NCBI GenBank assembly: GCA_013115145.1
Contig: JAAPAO010000101.1
Location: 13,817 to 77,816, forward strand
DNA from: Perkinsus chesapeaki ATCC PRA-425
Lineage: Eukaryota; Protista; Perkinsozoa
Direction: 5' to 3'
Length of the DNA stretch: 64,000 nt
The notes beneath the pieces were generated by a model that worked only from the letters and a program-made list of their open reading frames with translations, ran no database searches and was not told the origin of the DNA. Of the stretch, positions 26,276 to 39,651 are shown in pieces (the first letter of the stretch is position 1; the number at the start of each line of letters is the position of its first letter). Position numbers and translations under genes: made by a program.

Positions 26276-27907
26276 ATGCCAGCAGCAGCCGTCAGAGACC
26301 ACACGTGGAGGCTTTCTAGTGTGTTGTCTGCAGTTGAGTCGATGCTGAAGGCAGGAAGCTATCTGATGCCAGTGGCACCGGACGGGGCATCAGAGGAGGA
26401 AACGTTGGTCTTCGAATCGAGGCTGCAATTGATGTAATATACAGTGGTTGGTTGATCTGGGCAGAGGGACCCTAGAAGAGCAGAGCGTTGAAGTAGAAAG
26501 GGAAGGTCATTGCCGGATAGCATGGCGGATTCGGATAGTAGGTTAGTAGGCAATCGGGGGGGCAGATATCATAATAGTAAGCATAGATGTAGGAGTGTAA
26601 TGAGTATATGGCTAGGTGGAAATTGATATGAGCCATGCATCGACGCATTGTGTCTTGTGACGGCGACTTGATGATGAGTTGACCTTCTGGGAATCTTGCT
26701 TCGTTGAACTTCATTGCTGATTTCTCACAAATGATATTCTTCTTCGATCAGGTACACCTTAGCCGACATTGCGGGAATTCTTCGGTCTCACCTGGAGGAG
26801 CCCAAACCTCCTACATTTAAGTCGCGCCTTCTCACGGCCCTCAGATTGGTGCGAGCGAGCCAGCTTTCCGTGGAGATGGACCTGGGCGGGCTCAAGGCAG
26901 CGGTGGTCGTCGAAACGTTAAAGTTGGGCATACGCCTACTGCTGCTTGTCCTGCAGCAAGATCGATCGTTGCTTATCGATCCAGCGGCTACCGAAGGCTC
27001 CACAGCAGCAGACGAGTTTATTGGCGCGCGGACCGGTCTGAGGCTACCACCGATGCGAACTATGCAATTGGCGGCCGCGGTTCCGAGCGACAGTAAATTG
27101 AACTTGAGCTTGCCTTATCCCGAAGACTGTTTGATGATGTTGCGACCTTTGGTGTACCTCGGGGCATGCTCGTTAGTTTCCAGTGGCGGCAATAAGAGAG
27201 CTGATCCTCGACAAGTTAGGGATTGGGGTCCATGGATGGTTGCAAGTGGAATGGATCTTCTCGGTGTTGTGATACTTCGCGAACGATTGAGGCGAGATAG
27301 CGTTAAGCCGGACGACCCGAGGGAGAGGGAGTATCGACGACGAGTCCGATTGATGGTGATGGGAATGGTAAGTGTGGGGTGTTGGGGGCGGCATCATCCA
27401 GTAGTAGTATATACAGACTATAACGGTCGTGAAATTCTGTGACAGCGAATGTAATAAAGCTAAGCATGACATAATCTGATTCCATGGTGGCTTAATTCGG
27501 GCTAGCTATCGTGTATGGGCATTTTAAGGTCCTATTCGGAAGGAAGTTGGAGTACTGTATTACTATGATAATAATTAGTCATACTATTACTAATTTGCTT
27601 TACTTGTGCAGCGTTCTTAGTGTCGAGACAAAACTGACAATATTATCTGAAGCGTGGTAAAAATGAAAAAGTGTAAGATACCTTGCTTCGACCTTTGATG
27701 GCTCGTAAAGGCAGGGGCTTTCGATGAATGACGTTATTGCTTTATTAGGTACTTCGATCGCCTATGTTCGATACGGTATTACGGCGTCCATTGGATGGTC
27801 TGAGCAGATTCTGGGAGAAGATTCCTGTTTTAAATCGTTTGAACTATGTTGGTTATTATTTGTTCCTTCAGCGCTTTTATTATGGCCTGGGAGCGGGGGA
27901 CAGCTAA
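26276..27907 (+). CDS. PEX16: Peroxisomal biogenesis factor 16 (multi-exon)
   Basis: N-terminal SVLSAVESMLKAGSYLMP; AVVVETLKLGIRLLLL; MMLRPLVYL..WGPWMVASGMDLL..EREYRRRVRLMVM. After intron ~27368-27750 comes VLRSPMFDTVLRRPLDGLSRFWEKIPVL..QRFYYG*. These match the Pex16 blocks in the correct order. Confidence 0.82.
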
Positions 27908-28099
27908 AGACAATAGAGCCGTAAAAAGGAGCATTAATTTATTATTTTCAAATAAGCTGCTGCTGATGTCGAGTGTTCCAGTTTAATGCAGTAACGACGT
28001 GAAGCGTTCAAGTCGCTACCTCCACCGCTTTTGCCGTGAGTGCAGATTGCTGATGACTTAATCTGTAGCCGCATTGTTATCGATGATCGTATGACAATT

Positions 28100-31000
28100 C
28101 CCAAACCTAGGAATGTGAAGTCCTTGTCGATTGACAGTGATCCCGGTGGACGCTAAGCAATGCTTGCCTGAAGCAAGCAAGTTGCTTCATCGGCATGATT
28201 CGGGTCACAGCTTTGATTTGTTCATTCACCAAATTATATGTCACGACGTAGGCGGTGGGCCACGTTTTGTCATCTCCCGCTTCTCTGTCTCATTTCTGGT
28301 GCAACTTCATCATCAGAGTAGGGACTTTTAGTGGGACCACAAACTCGACACTAACTATTTAGATACGCGTCTACGGTGTGCCCTTATACCACACTTCCCA
28401 CAACTCTTGCATCGTCATCGTACGAATCAGCACTTGGTGAAGTCGATCTCCAAGGCATCTTCACGACACCTCCTGCTCATCGATTGTCGCTTCCATACTC
28501 CGACCTTGAACGCCTGCTCTACGTGTCGATCGACGTTGATCGGAAACATGCAGGCCAAATTGTTGGCGTGTCGCTGTATGACTCGCAGCAGAGCCAAGCG
28601 CCGCTGGGTGACTCCACTGCAGTCGTTGGTCTGGGCGGTAATGTTCCGCCAAGTAGAGCGGTTCTGCAAACGTCTCTGGAAGCCGGTAGAAGTTTTCATT
28701 TGTTATTCGATTCGAGCCTTGAGGATGACAGTATAACCTGCACCCCGGTGAATGTGGTTATTCACATAGTGCCAAGCACTCTACTTCCGGATTTGCTGCC
28801 TCGGTCCTGTGGACAAGCGAGAGACCTGAAAGACACGTTCGTAAAGCACGACTTGGGCAACGCTCATCTGGAGTTGGCACCGACGACCTTCGTGGTGTCG
28901 GTGCCAAGCGATGGCAAGATGCGCCAAGCGTCGGCTTACCGTCTGGCGACGGTTTCGGCTCCGATTCGGGTACACAGATTCGTTAGGATCTGGGCACGCA
29001 TTTCAGCACGGATCAGCGTTGCCCCCTTTCGACTGGTATTGGATATCGCTGGCGAAGGGTCGGACAGTACGGGGGAGAGCCCCGGGTGCGAGTATGGTTG
29101 CCTGGGTGGGGCGACAGTTTATAACGGCGAAGTTCTGGACGTAGCGATGCCGCCCGGATTCACGTCAGTTTCGAAATACGGCACATCTAGCTGAGGTGTT
29201 CCTCCTCAGCTACTCTATCTGGCTCGAGGGCGATGGTCTGGAGCGAGCTTGGCGGATGCTGAATGAAACTGGCGAAGAGTGGTGTGCTCAATTCATGCTG
29301 GAATATGAGGTGTCAATCGGGCTACTGAGGCTGTGAATGCTTCCACAGCGGGGGGATAAGACTCCTTATTATTTTACTTGATGGCTTTGTAGACAAGTTG
29401 TCTAGGCCGACCAATGAACGCTGTACAGTTTTTCGCTCATCATTGGTGGAAGAACTATCCGGTTGGTGTTCTTGAAACTTGCTATCTTCACCGACTGCTT
29501 TTGTCCTTCAAGGCGATACCACCTTAATCTCTGAAGAGGCGTTGGTCATTACACCGTTCGTCCGAGACGTGCCCTAAGCCCTTACAGAAACTTCCTGGAT
29601 GCTGTTTCAGGTCACTTACGAAGCTCGAGCTACTCTATTCGAAGTCGGCCCTGAACACAATCTCTGTCCCGGATCTGAGGCTTTGCCAGATAGATTGATT
29701 CAACTTACGGAGAATCAAAATGCACTTGAACATGAAGTTGACTCTCCTACCATTTTGGAGATACCCAACAATCTGGAAAGTGAGGGGAGGAGCTTTTCGC
29801 TTGTTCGGTTACACCTAGCTGCCACCCGCGCTGTGGCCGGTTCAGAGGCTCTGGACCAAAGCGAGTTAGGAAAGTGATGAAACCCGCAGAAATGGTCGGC
29901 ATGCCCAATTGCCTATGGCTGTTATCCCTTCGCTAAGTCGCTGGCTGCCTCAATTTCCGTGTAGCATCTGCGCGAACGGTTCTCCCTCATTTCGCCACCT
30001 GGGCTTTTCTGCAGGAGTTTTTCGCGCCCGAGCGTTCGACCTGTCGGATCATTACTCGCTGGCGGGGCACTCGTTCCATTCGGGAAGTATTGACCAACCT
30101 GCGAAGTCCGAAATCGGATTGGTGGTACAGGAGAGAAGTCGCTTACAAGTGGAAATCGAGACACTAGAATCAGTGGTAGGCAACAGTCATCTGCTACCAA
30201 TAAACGACGCGTTCATGCCAACTTGGCACGATCTAGTTGTTTTAGATCGTTGGCCTGCGTCTTGTGCACGCGCTGAAAGTGACCGTATGCCAGAGGAAGA
30301 GGCCTAACACTCCACTTCTTTGTATACTCAAGCCCGGAAACTACGCGCTACAGATAATGCTGGGCGTACCGCTTGAAGGGGTCCATCCCTGCGACACTTT
30401 CCAAATGCGTCTGTTCCTAGAGCCCATACCGGAACCCAATCAAACTTGCTCGCGTTACGCACAGGCACCCTCTGAAAGGATTCCTATCACTTCGGAGCAG
30501 CTAGTAGTTCCTTGGTCACCCGATGGTCCACGAGAGATCTTATTATGGACGCGAGAGATCCTCGTCGAAGAATCTGACGTGGCAAGTGGAGCAAGACTGC
30601 ACATTCTGCTGTCGTCTCTAGACCGTGGCATCGGACTCAAGTGTCAAGTGTCGAACTCGAAGGGACGAGAAATCTTGAATTTGGCATCTGCCGGTGTACC
30701 AGAGACGCTATCGGGGAGCACGCAACGTTTGCGTGCTGGCCGTTATACCGTTATCGTTCGTGGCACGGCCTGGCAGGCTCCTGGATGTGGGAGGTACACG
30801 GCAACGTTGCACCTTATAGGGGACGGGTTAGTCCAACACGGGGAGGTGGCCCGTGAAGGTGGGATGCAAATATTGACAAAGTCAGCAATTGATATCTTAC
30901 GTTACGCGTCTCCGCCGACGCAAGTTGACGTACCTCCGTCGGGGATCGCACTCTCCGGTGAATATTTGATCGGTGCGGAGTCCGTGATACGCATAGAGAG

Positions 31001-34000
31001 ACCCAGAGGCGTTGTTGCTGTGGAGTTCCAAGATTATGTCTCACGGGAGCAGCATGTTCAAGTCTACCAAAATGGTCGGATGGGAAATCCGAAGCCCATA
31101 TCGGTGATTCGCTGTCGGTCTGGAAGCTTGACGCTTGCCGTATTGCCCTCCCCTACACCATCAACCGTTATAGTGAGGCTGCTGCCACCTCAAGAATCTG
31201 CCGTGCTGGGGATCAGGATACTATCTAGCGAACCTCCGCCATGCTCGCCTGGCATTGCAATTAGTGGGGTCGACGCCCTGGATCTAAGTCCAACGAAGGC
31301 GCGGGATCGCCTCCCCAATGTACACCGTGCCGCAAGAATACCAGTTAGGTTGAATCTAGGTTACCCAGGCACCGTGCATGTAGTTGGTCCCACCCCTATC
31401 CATGCAGACGGCCCGTACCCGCTGGCTATCAGGATCGAGGTCCACTGTGAGCCGATTTGGCTTCCATTGGAGGTTGTCATCACGTCTAACAATCGTACAA
31501 TACATCGTGCGAGTCGAGAAGGGAACTCGAGATTCTTACTCGCAGTGGAGGAGCTCCCGGCCGGGGAGTATTCCTTTGCTGTTTTAAGCAGCCACCAGCG
31601 GTTAGATTCCGATCTTTGGATTTGCGGAGAACTCCTGTTTGTCTATGAACTCGGAGTGTCAAGCCTATACGAGCAGAATTCGATGCGATCAGAGCTGCTT
31701 GACATACCAGGTGTGTTGGCTGCCCAACCGCTGCCGAGCTCGTTGAACTGGCCTGGATGGTATGGGGAGCCTGGCAGCCACCCTGACGTGGTTGTTGGCA
31801 CAATTCTGGCACGTTTCGATGGGAGGACAGCTGTCACGAGTGTAACGGTGTCGGAGGACTCGCTTCTGCGTATGACACATCAGCCAACGGAGCTTGCTAA
31901 TCACTTGGTAAATGTTAAGCTTAGTCGCATTGCGGGTAAAACTTCACAACCTCTGCGAAGAGTGGAATCTGGTACGCTCAGTCGCGCTGGCGAGAATTAC
32001 GTCTCGAACCAGAGGGGTGAGATGCTGGCTCTGTTACTGAAGGGAGGTACATACCAGATCGAGGTGGAAGCGCACGAAGAATTTATGGTAACAATAGCAA
32101 TTGGGAAATGGAAGCTTGCTGAGGATAGAACCCACCAGACCCCCTGTGGATCTGAAATGCCTCAACTCATCGGCTCGAATCCTCACGAAACTCACATATG
32201 GGAAGGCCTAATCGATCTTGAGCATCTGACTAGCTCGGTTGTCGGCCGCGAGAGCGTGAAAGTAGACACGCTAAGTATTGGTCAATTCGAGGTCGGCGGT
32301 GATTTCTTGTTGGATAATGTGGAGCTCGGCCTTCATACCCCGGAGGGCCTTTGGGTTGGCGAGAGACGACAGCGTCGATCGGTCCTGGTCACTGATCTAG
32401 CTCCTGGGACTTACTCGCTGGAGATGAAGGTTAGTGCTTTACGTATACCCTCCCAGTTTGGTATGTGCAGGAGGTTGTCTACTTTTTCACATATTGAGGC
32501 ATCTCCTCATATCCATGAGATCAATGGAAAAGATGAGAACTGTGAATTATTAGGCGCCCTGCCACTACCGCTGGGATGGTCGGAATCTGACGATGGAGCA
32601 AGTGGTTTCTTAGCCAATGGGCAGATCCCAATGCTCGTTAGACAGAAGATAGTCATGTCGAGCATACATGGCGGTCGCAAGAAAACGTATATACCCAACA
32701 ACTCACATGGTAAGCTCTACGCCAAGGTGGGCATTTTTGGCGGCGATCAACTATCTTCGCATCTTACGCTGCACGGCTCGGATATGCCTGATGGACGCCC
32801 ATTCCCGGGGATGACTTCGTGGGAAGACGAATGGTCCCGCACGGCTGCGTGTACATTGGAAGCAGGGAAAGGTCTATGGATCAGCATTCGAGATGAAACA
32901 CCAGCTGAGATCACATCGACCCACTGCCATTCTATCTATTTTATGATGCAAGTCATGGGCTTACAGCACCTCACTGGCCTAGGGTCTTGTAAGCCATCCT
33001 GCTTGGCACTTGCTGACTGGAATGTTTGCAAGTCCGGCGGTAGGTACTGCGGCCAAAGTTACGCCAACCAGTCTGATCCCTAGGCAGCTACCTGATGAAG
33101 TTTCGACAGAGGTGAGCATTCATAGAAATTTTGCACTTTATGACGATCTAAGCTTTGTAGAAGAGATTCAAGCTCTTTGCAACTGGGTCTCGAATATGGA
33201 ATACTTCGCCACGATCTCAAATTGAGCATACTTCCCCAAGCTTGGATTTAGGTAAAAGCTGTCGAGCAGCCGCCAGGGGGGCTCCTCGTTGAACGAACTT
33301 TCATGGTTTCCGACAAGTCCTTCCTTGAAACGGGTGTCGGGTACAATTATATCCTCGGGAATGTAGAGACTGAGGTGGTGGATAGCGCTGGCGAGGTTGT
33401 GGCGACTGGTGCAGTGCATGGCGCCTTTGGCCGGGCATCACCGGTGAATACGCGGAGCCACATTAGTGTCGTCCTTGAACCTGGAACATATACGCTGCGA
33501 GTAGCAGATGAGCACGATCGAACCATCTTCAAGGGGAAGGGCTTGTGCTTCCCAATGGACTTCATGTTTCACATACAACGTATTGCAGGGCCAGCGCGTG
33601 TATTGGAGGTCTTACCGAGCCCGCTATGGGGCTCGCCGGTAAACCCCAACACGGATTTGCTTATTTCAATCCTATTCTCAACGCCGGTCACTATCAGAGC
33701 AGAGGATGTGCGGTTTAACGGTGTATTAGCCGCTGGAGTCTCATCAGAGCCCAGTCCGCAGGGTCAACCTTCATCAAGGTGGAGGGTTTGGTTGGATCGC
33801 TCCCAATGGCAGCGTAATTGGGATAAAGTACAAATGTCTATTAGCTCAAGAACCATTGACCTGGCGATGCCTGAAGGCCTAAGCTGGATCGTAGGTTCTC
33901 GGGAGAGAGTTTCCCATCTGATATCGCTTATGATCTTCCGTTTCAACCTTCTCAATTATCACTGTGCCTGCCATGCTGTTGTGCGAGGTCGATCGTCCTG

Positions 34001-34575
34001 CCGGCACAAATCCTCACCCAACATCCGCGATTACAGCTCAGCCTCCACACGTCGCTCACGCCACAAAGATTCCAGAACAGGTAGCTGCAAGGCTTTCATG
34101 GCTGCAGAAGCATGTCCAATCTTCTTAGCAAGGGGCCACTGGTGAGAAGGCGTCCATGGAATGGTCACAGTCGCATCGAGCTTCCGTTGCCATGGACGAA
34201 GACTTACAACCCGGAATGGAGTTTTCCGCCTATGCTGGAAGCTCGGGGCAACTAAGAAACTCTTATGAGCAAGACGGACACTTCGCTCTGTGGCTTCTCT
34301 CTTGGTAGGCCTTGGGTATCTTGACGGCTTTGGGCAACTTTATACTTATCTTTGCGGGACTGATCTTGTGGTGTCCCAATCTCAGGGCCACCTTCAGTAT
34401 CGGAGGAACAGCCCTGTTATTTGTTCTTCGGAGACTAACTACTGCGAGAGGACGGTATCTCACTGTGGATGGTAGCATCGACCAGGAAAGGGAAGTGCTT
34501 TTGGTAAGTGACGTCACGTCAGAGGCGACATCCTCACGAAGGCGTCAGCACGAGTTGGCCTCCCATGACATGTAA
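28100..34575 (+). CDS. Very large predicted type-I membrane / surface protein with few introns
   Basis: Successive long open exons (28376-29194, 29599-29877, 29909-30307, 30264-33083, 33303-~33920) with beta-rich composition. One hydrophobic stretch near the C-terminus (ATFSIGGTALLFVL) is followed by basic RRLTTAR and a short tail. The start was not located precisely. Confidence 0.55.
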
Positions 34576-34774
34576 AACCAACTTGCCCATGAATACTGTC
34601 TGTGTTTCTATTATGTCACCACTCTGTTGTATTTTCGATAAAGATGAGCGCTTATCGCAATATGTTAGCGAAGCCGTAGGTTAGCTTATCCGCGGCTCGT
34701 TACCGCCAAACTCGCGCAACGTACGCGATACTGAAGGCACCCCCCCCGCACAAGAGGGGGACAGTCTCTGTATT

Positions 34775-35733
34775 GTGCAGCAGGTGTACGCTACCCCACT
34801 GTTGACAAGGCGCTTCATACAGTCTTTTCTGAGCTCTCCGATGTCCCCGCTATTCCCTTCTTCAGTGCTACGTAAACTGGAAGAAGTGTGTCAAGTAGAC
34901 GTTGGTCATCGAGGCATCGGGCCGCTCATCCGTCCTGGTGTCCTCAATGAGGCGGTCGAGGCTCTCAGCTCTCCACCCGAAGGTGGCCGAGCTATCATAA
35001 TCACCGGCATGCCTTGCTGCATCTCCAAGCCTCCACCACAGTTCGAATCAGATGGCCTTATTGGCTCCGTGTGTGTGGCGCGCGCGCTGGAGTCCGTTGG
35101 TTGGAGGGTAGCTCTCGGCTCGGAGCCTGACATTGCTGAAGTTCTGAAGCGCCTGGCCAAGGACGAGATCGACGTTGTCGGTTTTGAACCGCAATCATCA
35201 CCCGATGAAATCACGGCTAAGGCTGGAAAGATAGACTTGGTCGTTTGCATCGAGCGAGCCTCTCCACCGTACAAAACGATGCGTAATTTACAAATGGATC
35301 CAGCGAAGATCGCGCCACTGGAATGTCTATCAGAGATCGACGGAGTGAGAACAGTGGCCATCGGAGATGGTGGCAATGAGATGGGCTTGGGGCCTCTCCA
35401 AGACCTTGTCGCCAAGTAGGTTCTCGCCCACCCGCGAATGCTGCTACGTGCTTCAGGTACATTCCCTTAGGTGACCAAATCAAGACTGCAACGAAGTCCG
35501 ATTTCTGTCTAGTTGCTGGTACCAGCGATTGGGGTTCACTTGCTCTAGCAATGGCATTGGGCATGCGCTGGTCGCGTGAGCAGCACCAAGAGCTATGTTT
35601 AGCCCTGGAAGCCATGGGCGTGCGTGACGGGGTCACTGGAGAGCCGGGCCAGACTTTGGATGGCATCCCGATAGGCGTAACGTATGATTTGATAGACAAA
35701 ATGAGGAATATCCTCCATCCTCACAACAGCTAG
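34775..35733 (+). CDS. D-glutamate cyclase-like protein (DUF4392 domain only)
   Basis: HRGIGPL, IITGMPC, ESDGLIGSVCVARAL, VVCIERAS..YKTMRN, TVAIGDGGNEMGLG and, after a short intron, LVAGTSDWGSLALAMAL: the DUF4392 motif series. Confidence 0.85.
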
Positions 35734-35842
35734 TTTTTATTTTATTCGCAGTCACCACTACAGAATGGAGATCAGTTTTTTCTGCCAGATTATTGTGTGT
35801 TGAGTCCCCAAGGATCACAACGTATTCAAGTCACCTTCCCCG

Positions 35843-36948
35843 ATGCCCCGATCCCGTTTAATCGGGTCCGCAGCTGCCCACCTGGACCGGGGGGAGCAGG
35901 GTTCAGCGTTCAACGATTTGCAAGCTGAAGTCCGACGATGGTCGCTTCAAGCGGAAAGGATGGCTGATGAGAAGGTCCTCCCGTGGGCACGCCGCCGAAC
36001 GTTCGAGCTTGAGGAGTTTCGAAGCAGACTACCTCCAGAAGATGCCGAAAAGCTGCGTACGCTCTAATGATCGGTGCTGCTGCATCGTCGCCATCAGTGA
36101 AACTCTTCATAGAGCATCTGTGGTTCACTGTTCCTCCTCTGGTAGCTGCGCTGGCGGAGACGCCTGCAAACGAAAACGTTGACCTCAAGATGATAGCCAT
36201 TGATTTGGTCACGAAAGCAAACCAGCGGTGAGGAGGCTGCGCTCGATGATTTGGCGTCACTTTTCCTCAGGCCCGATGTTGCTTTATTTGTTCTCGGCTT
36301 GGCAAAGGACAACCTATCCGAGGAAGCTGTGCAACAGATTGGGTCCGAGCTTGGAACTCATTTCATGTCATCGCCCGGGTGCCTTCGACAATGTGAAACA
36401 TTGTTCGTCTCTGGTTCTGTTATGACCTCCGACAAGCTCTGCGACGTCACCATGTCACGAATGTCGACGGTGTACCCTAATGAACATGATCTCCTTGTTT
36501 TGAGGACTGTGGTTAAATGCCTAGTAGAGCGAAATTCTGACCTTGCAGAATCTTACTTTTATAAGTGTCTCGATAAACTGAATATCAACCTTGATAGCTC
36601 CGACCAAGTAAGCAGTACTGTTTTCAAGCCTATTGTCTGACAATCTTTCCTCAGCCCCTCGGCGTGCAGGCCGCCTATCTCTTAATAGAAGCGACAAAGG
36701 GTGAAGCGCCACCGAGAAGTTTCTTCGAAGATGTCGTTCTACGATATTGGCTTGTATTTTGCCGAGATCGATTTATACGCAATACGGTTGAGCGGAAACT
36801 GAGTAGCTTTGCTAATCCTGACTTCGCTGTTTTATGGCCTATTCAGGGTCTCTCTACTTTCCAAGAAGAAGCTCGACAGTCGACGAGAGTTGTTCTGACA
36901 TGGAAAGCTTTCTGGACGCATTATGAGTTCAACACGCCTCATAACTGA
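35843..36948 (+). CDS. GET4: GET4-like (Golgi-to-ER traffic protein 4) protein, multi-exon
   Basis: EHDLLVLRTVVKCLVERNSDLAESYF, then AAYLLIEAT..FFEDVVLRY..RDRFIRN, resembling the Get4 C-terminal half (ExDLFxxRAVLQxL..FxxLxxxY..RD). The N-terminal match is weak. Confidence 0.55.
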
Positions 36949-37925
36949 GCAGTAGTTTCTGAGTGCTAGTCATGGTTGCGTCACTGAATCAATAATCGAA
37001 TTCTCAGTAATACGATCGCTGTGGTCCACGTTTCCAATCCCAATATCTACCACAGTCTCAACAGAAATAAGTATATTAGAATCTTCAGGATGTGCGAGCA
37101 GCACGCATGACACCAGAAAATCGGAATGATGCCGTGTGTCTCGGCCGGAGCGGCCGGGCCGGTTTAGAAACACTTGCATCAACCACAGATCGCATTAACC
37201 TGATAGTTAAGGCGGTTAATAGGGTCGTGTCGGTAGGTCCCGATAATGGACGAGATGTTGGATCTTCTCAATCCTGTCGGCTTGCTAACAACAATGGTAA
37301 TAGTAGTCTTATAAGAACAAACTAGTGTATGCAACATTGCACGGAGTGAAGTATATCATCAAAGCAAGAGTCGAATGTTTCTCCCAAGCAGCAGGAGATG
37401 GTTCCGTCGAGTTAACTAAAATACGTAAACTGATCGTATTGCTATACAAAGATACACTCACTCAGCAACTACAAGGGTAGCACCTGCGGGGCAGATTACC
37501 CACAAAGTTACATTAGAAAATGGAGGAGCAGAAAGAATGGTAGCACAGAGAGCATCCGATATAGAACACTAAGAATTTTCTCAATGAATGCTGGAACTGC
37601 AGTCTTCATCGGAGGTTAGACAGCCGCGTCTATCGTGACCTGGCTCTTTGGGCCAAGATACCCGGAATGCAACGCCTTGGGGTTATTGATCGGTTGTTAT
37701 TTAGCTATTGACAACGACGCAAAGAAAACGGTAACCTTGAAAGATTCTCAGAAAGAATGACAGATAATAAATGATCGGAAAATGCCCATGGGGTACATCA
37801 CCGTTAGATAGCCTACATACTGCATGTTGCCATATAATCCTATCACAAAGCGCATGAGGAGTTGCGAAACACATGCGTAGGACTAACTTCGACGAGGGTA
37901 TTGAATGGCAGTCTCTGCCACTAAA

Positions 37926-38523
37926 TTACACATCGTAGAAGCAGTCGAAGCCCCAGTCGAACCTGCAGTGCATATCTGTGGGGCATTTCTTGAACCACTG
38001 AGATAAACAAACTCTGTTAAAAGACACAAAGAAGTAGGCTTACAAGGCAGCGTAGACTGCAGAGTCCGGAGTAGCAGTATTTTTGAGCGGTTGATTCTCC
38101 TGGGGGGTTTGGACAGTCGGAATCGTTGGAGCACTTGGGAGTGCAAAAGCAGCTGAGAGGAAGGTCGCCTTTGTTGATCTGAGGCCAGCAAGTCAGGTGT
38201 GGCTCTATTGGCATCTTCTACAGGACAGGAAAGTTCTTTATCGTCGGGGCACTTGCATCCCGCTATTGTCCCGTTACTTAGGTGTCGCGAACAGCGGCCG
38301 ATTGGTCGGGAATACGGATCTGACATACTCATCGATAGCTCACAGAATCTCAGAACCTCGCACTTTCTGAATCGAGCTGTTCTGAACTTCCTGCCTCCTG
38401 TGGCCTGAGCGAGAACCTACGGGAAGAAGATCATATGACCGATTCGGCACAAGGTCCCTCTGCTAACCTTTCGCCACTGACCAATGCAAGGACGATGGTT
38501 GTCAATAACGTGGTCTTGCGCAT
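37926..38523 (-). CDS. Small secreted cysteine-rich protein (multi-exon)
   Basis: ATG 38523 with signal-peptide-like MRKTTLLTTIVLALVSG; exon CFCTPKCSNDSDCPNPPGESTAQKYCYSGLCSLRC; last exon WFKKCPTDMHCRFDWGFDCFYDV* (stop 37926-37928). Confidence 0.6.
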
Positions 38524-38639
38524 TGTTTCCTCTGGATACCAGTTATAAACTTGCCGAGGAACGTAGTAGCCGATCTTCACGAGTAGTCCTCGGTGGAGTA
38601 CAGCGGCCCAGGCCAACGCTAAGAAGAATTGCGTTGAAG

Positions 38640-39552
38640 GCTAATGTGGCTCAGTGTAACCCATGTAATCATTTCGCCGTAATGTGCTGTAGAGCCGGTG
38701 ATAGCCTATGGCGCACACCACCCCTATCATAAGCCATGAACTTCGGCCGTCACGTTGGATGCGAAATGGTTTCGTTCTGCGGTCTAGGTCGGCAGTAATC
38801 CTCCTCTTAGCTTTGGAGGCCGCTCTGAGCGATCCAGCGGGAACCCCTGCACGCTATTCGAAGGAAATTAAGTCTCATTTGAAAAGCTCTGGACTCCAGA
38901 GTCTGGAGATTCGATGACAGCGCGAAGTTAATGGCTCGCCGTTGTTGACTCAACATCCAGCTGACATCGGCTCGACATCGAAACGCATCGTTTTCGCTCG
39001 TAGATTTTGTGGGATACTTCGTTTGACGTGCTGAATTTCAGCAGCTGAAATTCTTAGCACGGAAAAAGGAGCAATGTTTTTCACCATCAAGCGATGCTCG
39101 TCATTCGGTAAATGAGATTGGCGGCGTGGATCACTGTCCGCACTATTGCCCGCTCCTTCGAAGAGCGACACAAATCCTCGCAGTTCTGACCAATAGTCCA
39201 TCACCGCTTCTGAATCAAAGTTGTTCATTGGGCATAGCTCCGAAGTCTATCGAGGTGGGGCCTGAGCAGCAGTAACCAGGCCCTGGATTCCAGATCTTCG
39301 TTACATCATTTGTGTCCCGAAAGTTTCAAGACCCTTCTGTCGCCTCTCTAATGGTAAACGTGCCTCGACAGTAACGACCTCTACGAGTGTTACTGAGACC
39401 CTCACAATACAACAGTACGACCTAACGGACGTGGGCTCAGCGCGAGATGAAGGCGCAGAGGGTACACAATGTTTTATCTTCTTTAATATGGGGTGTCCCG
39501 TATGCATCGGGTAGTATAATACTTCTCGCGTCATAGGCACGCGTCGTACCAT
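38640..39552 (-). CDS. Multi-exon hypothetical protein
   Basis: ATG-start segment MVRRVPMTREVLYYPMHTGHPILKK, plus internal open segments NFDSEAVMDYWSELRGFVSLFEG and RITADLDRRTKPFRIQRDGRSSWLMIGVVCAIGYHRL. Confidence 0.35.
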
Positions 39553-39651
39553 TCCGCACGCATGCGCACCGCCGCCAGCGCGGAATGGTTTTCGCGCTCG
39601 CCCAGATTTAAACTGGTAATTTTCTGGTTGGTCGCAGACCTCTTTGATTTA

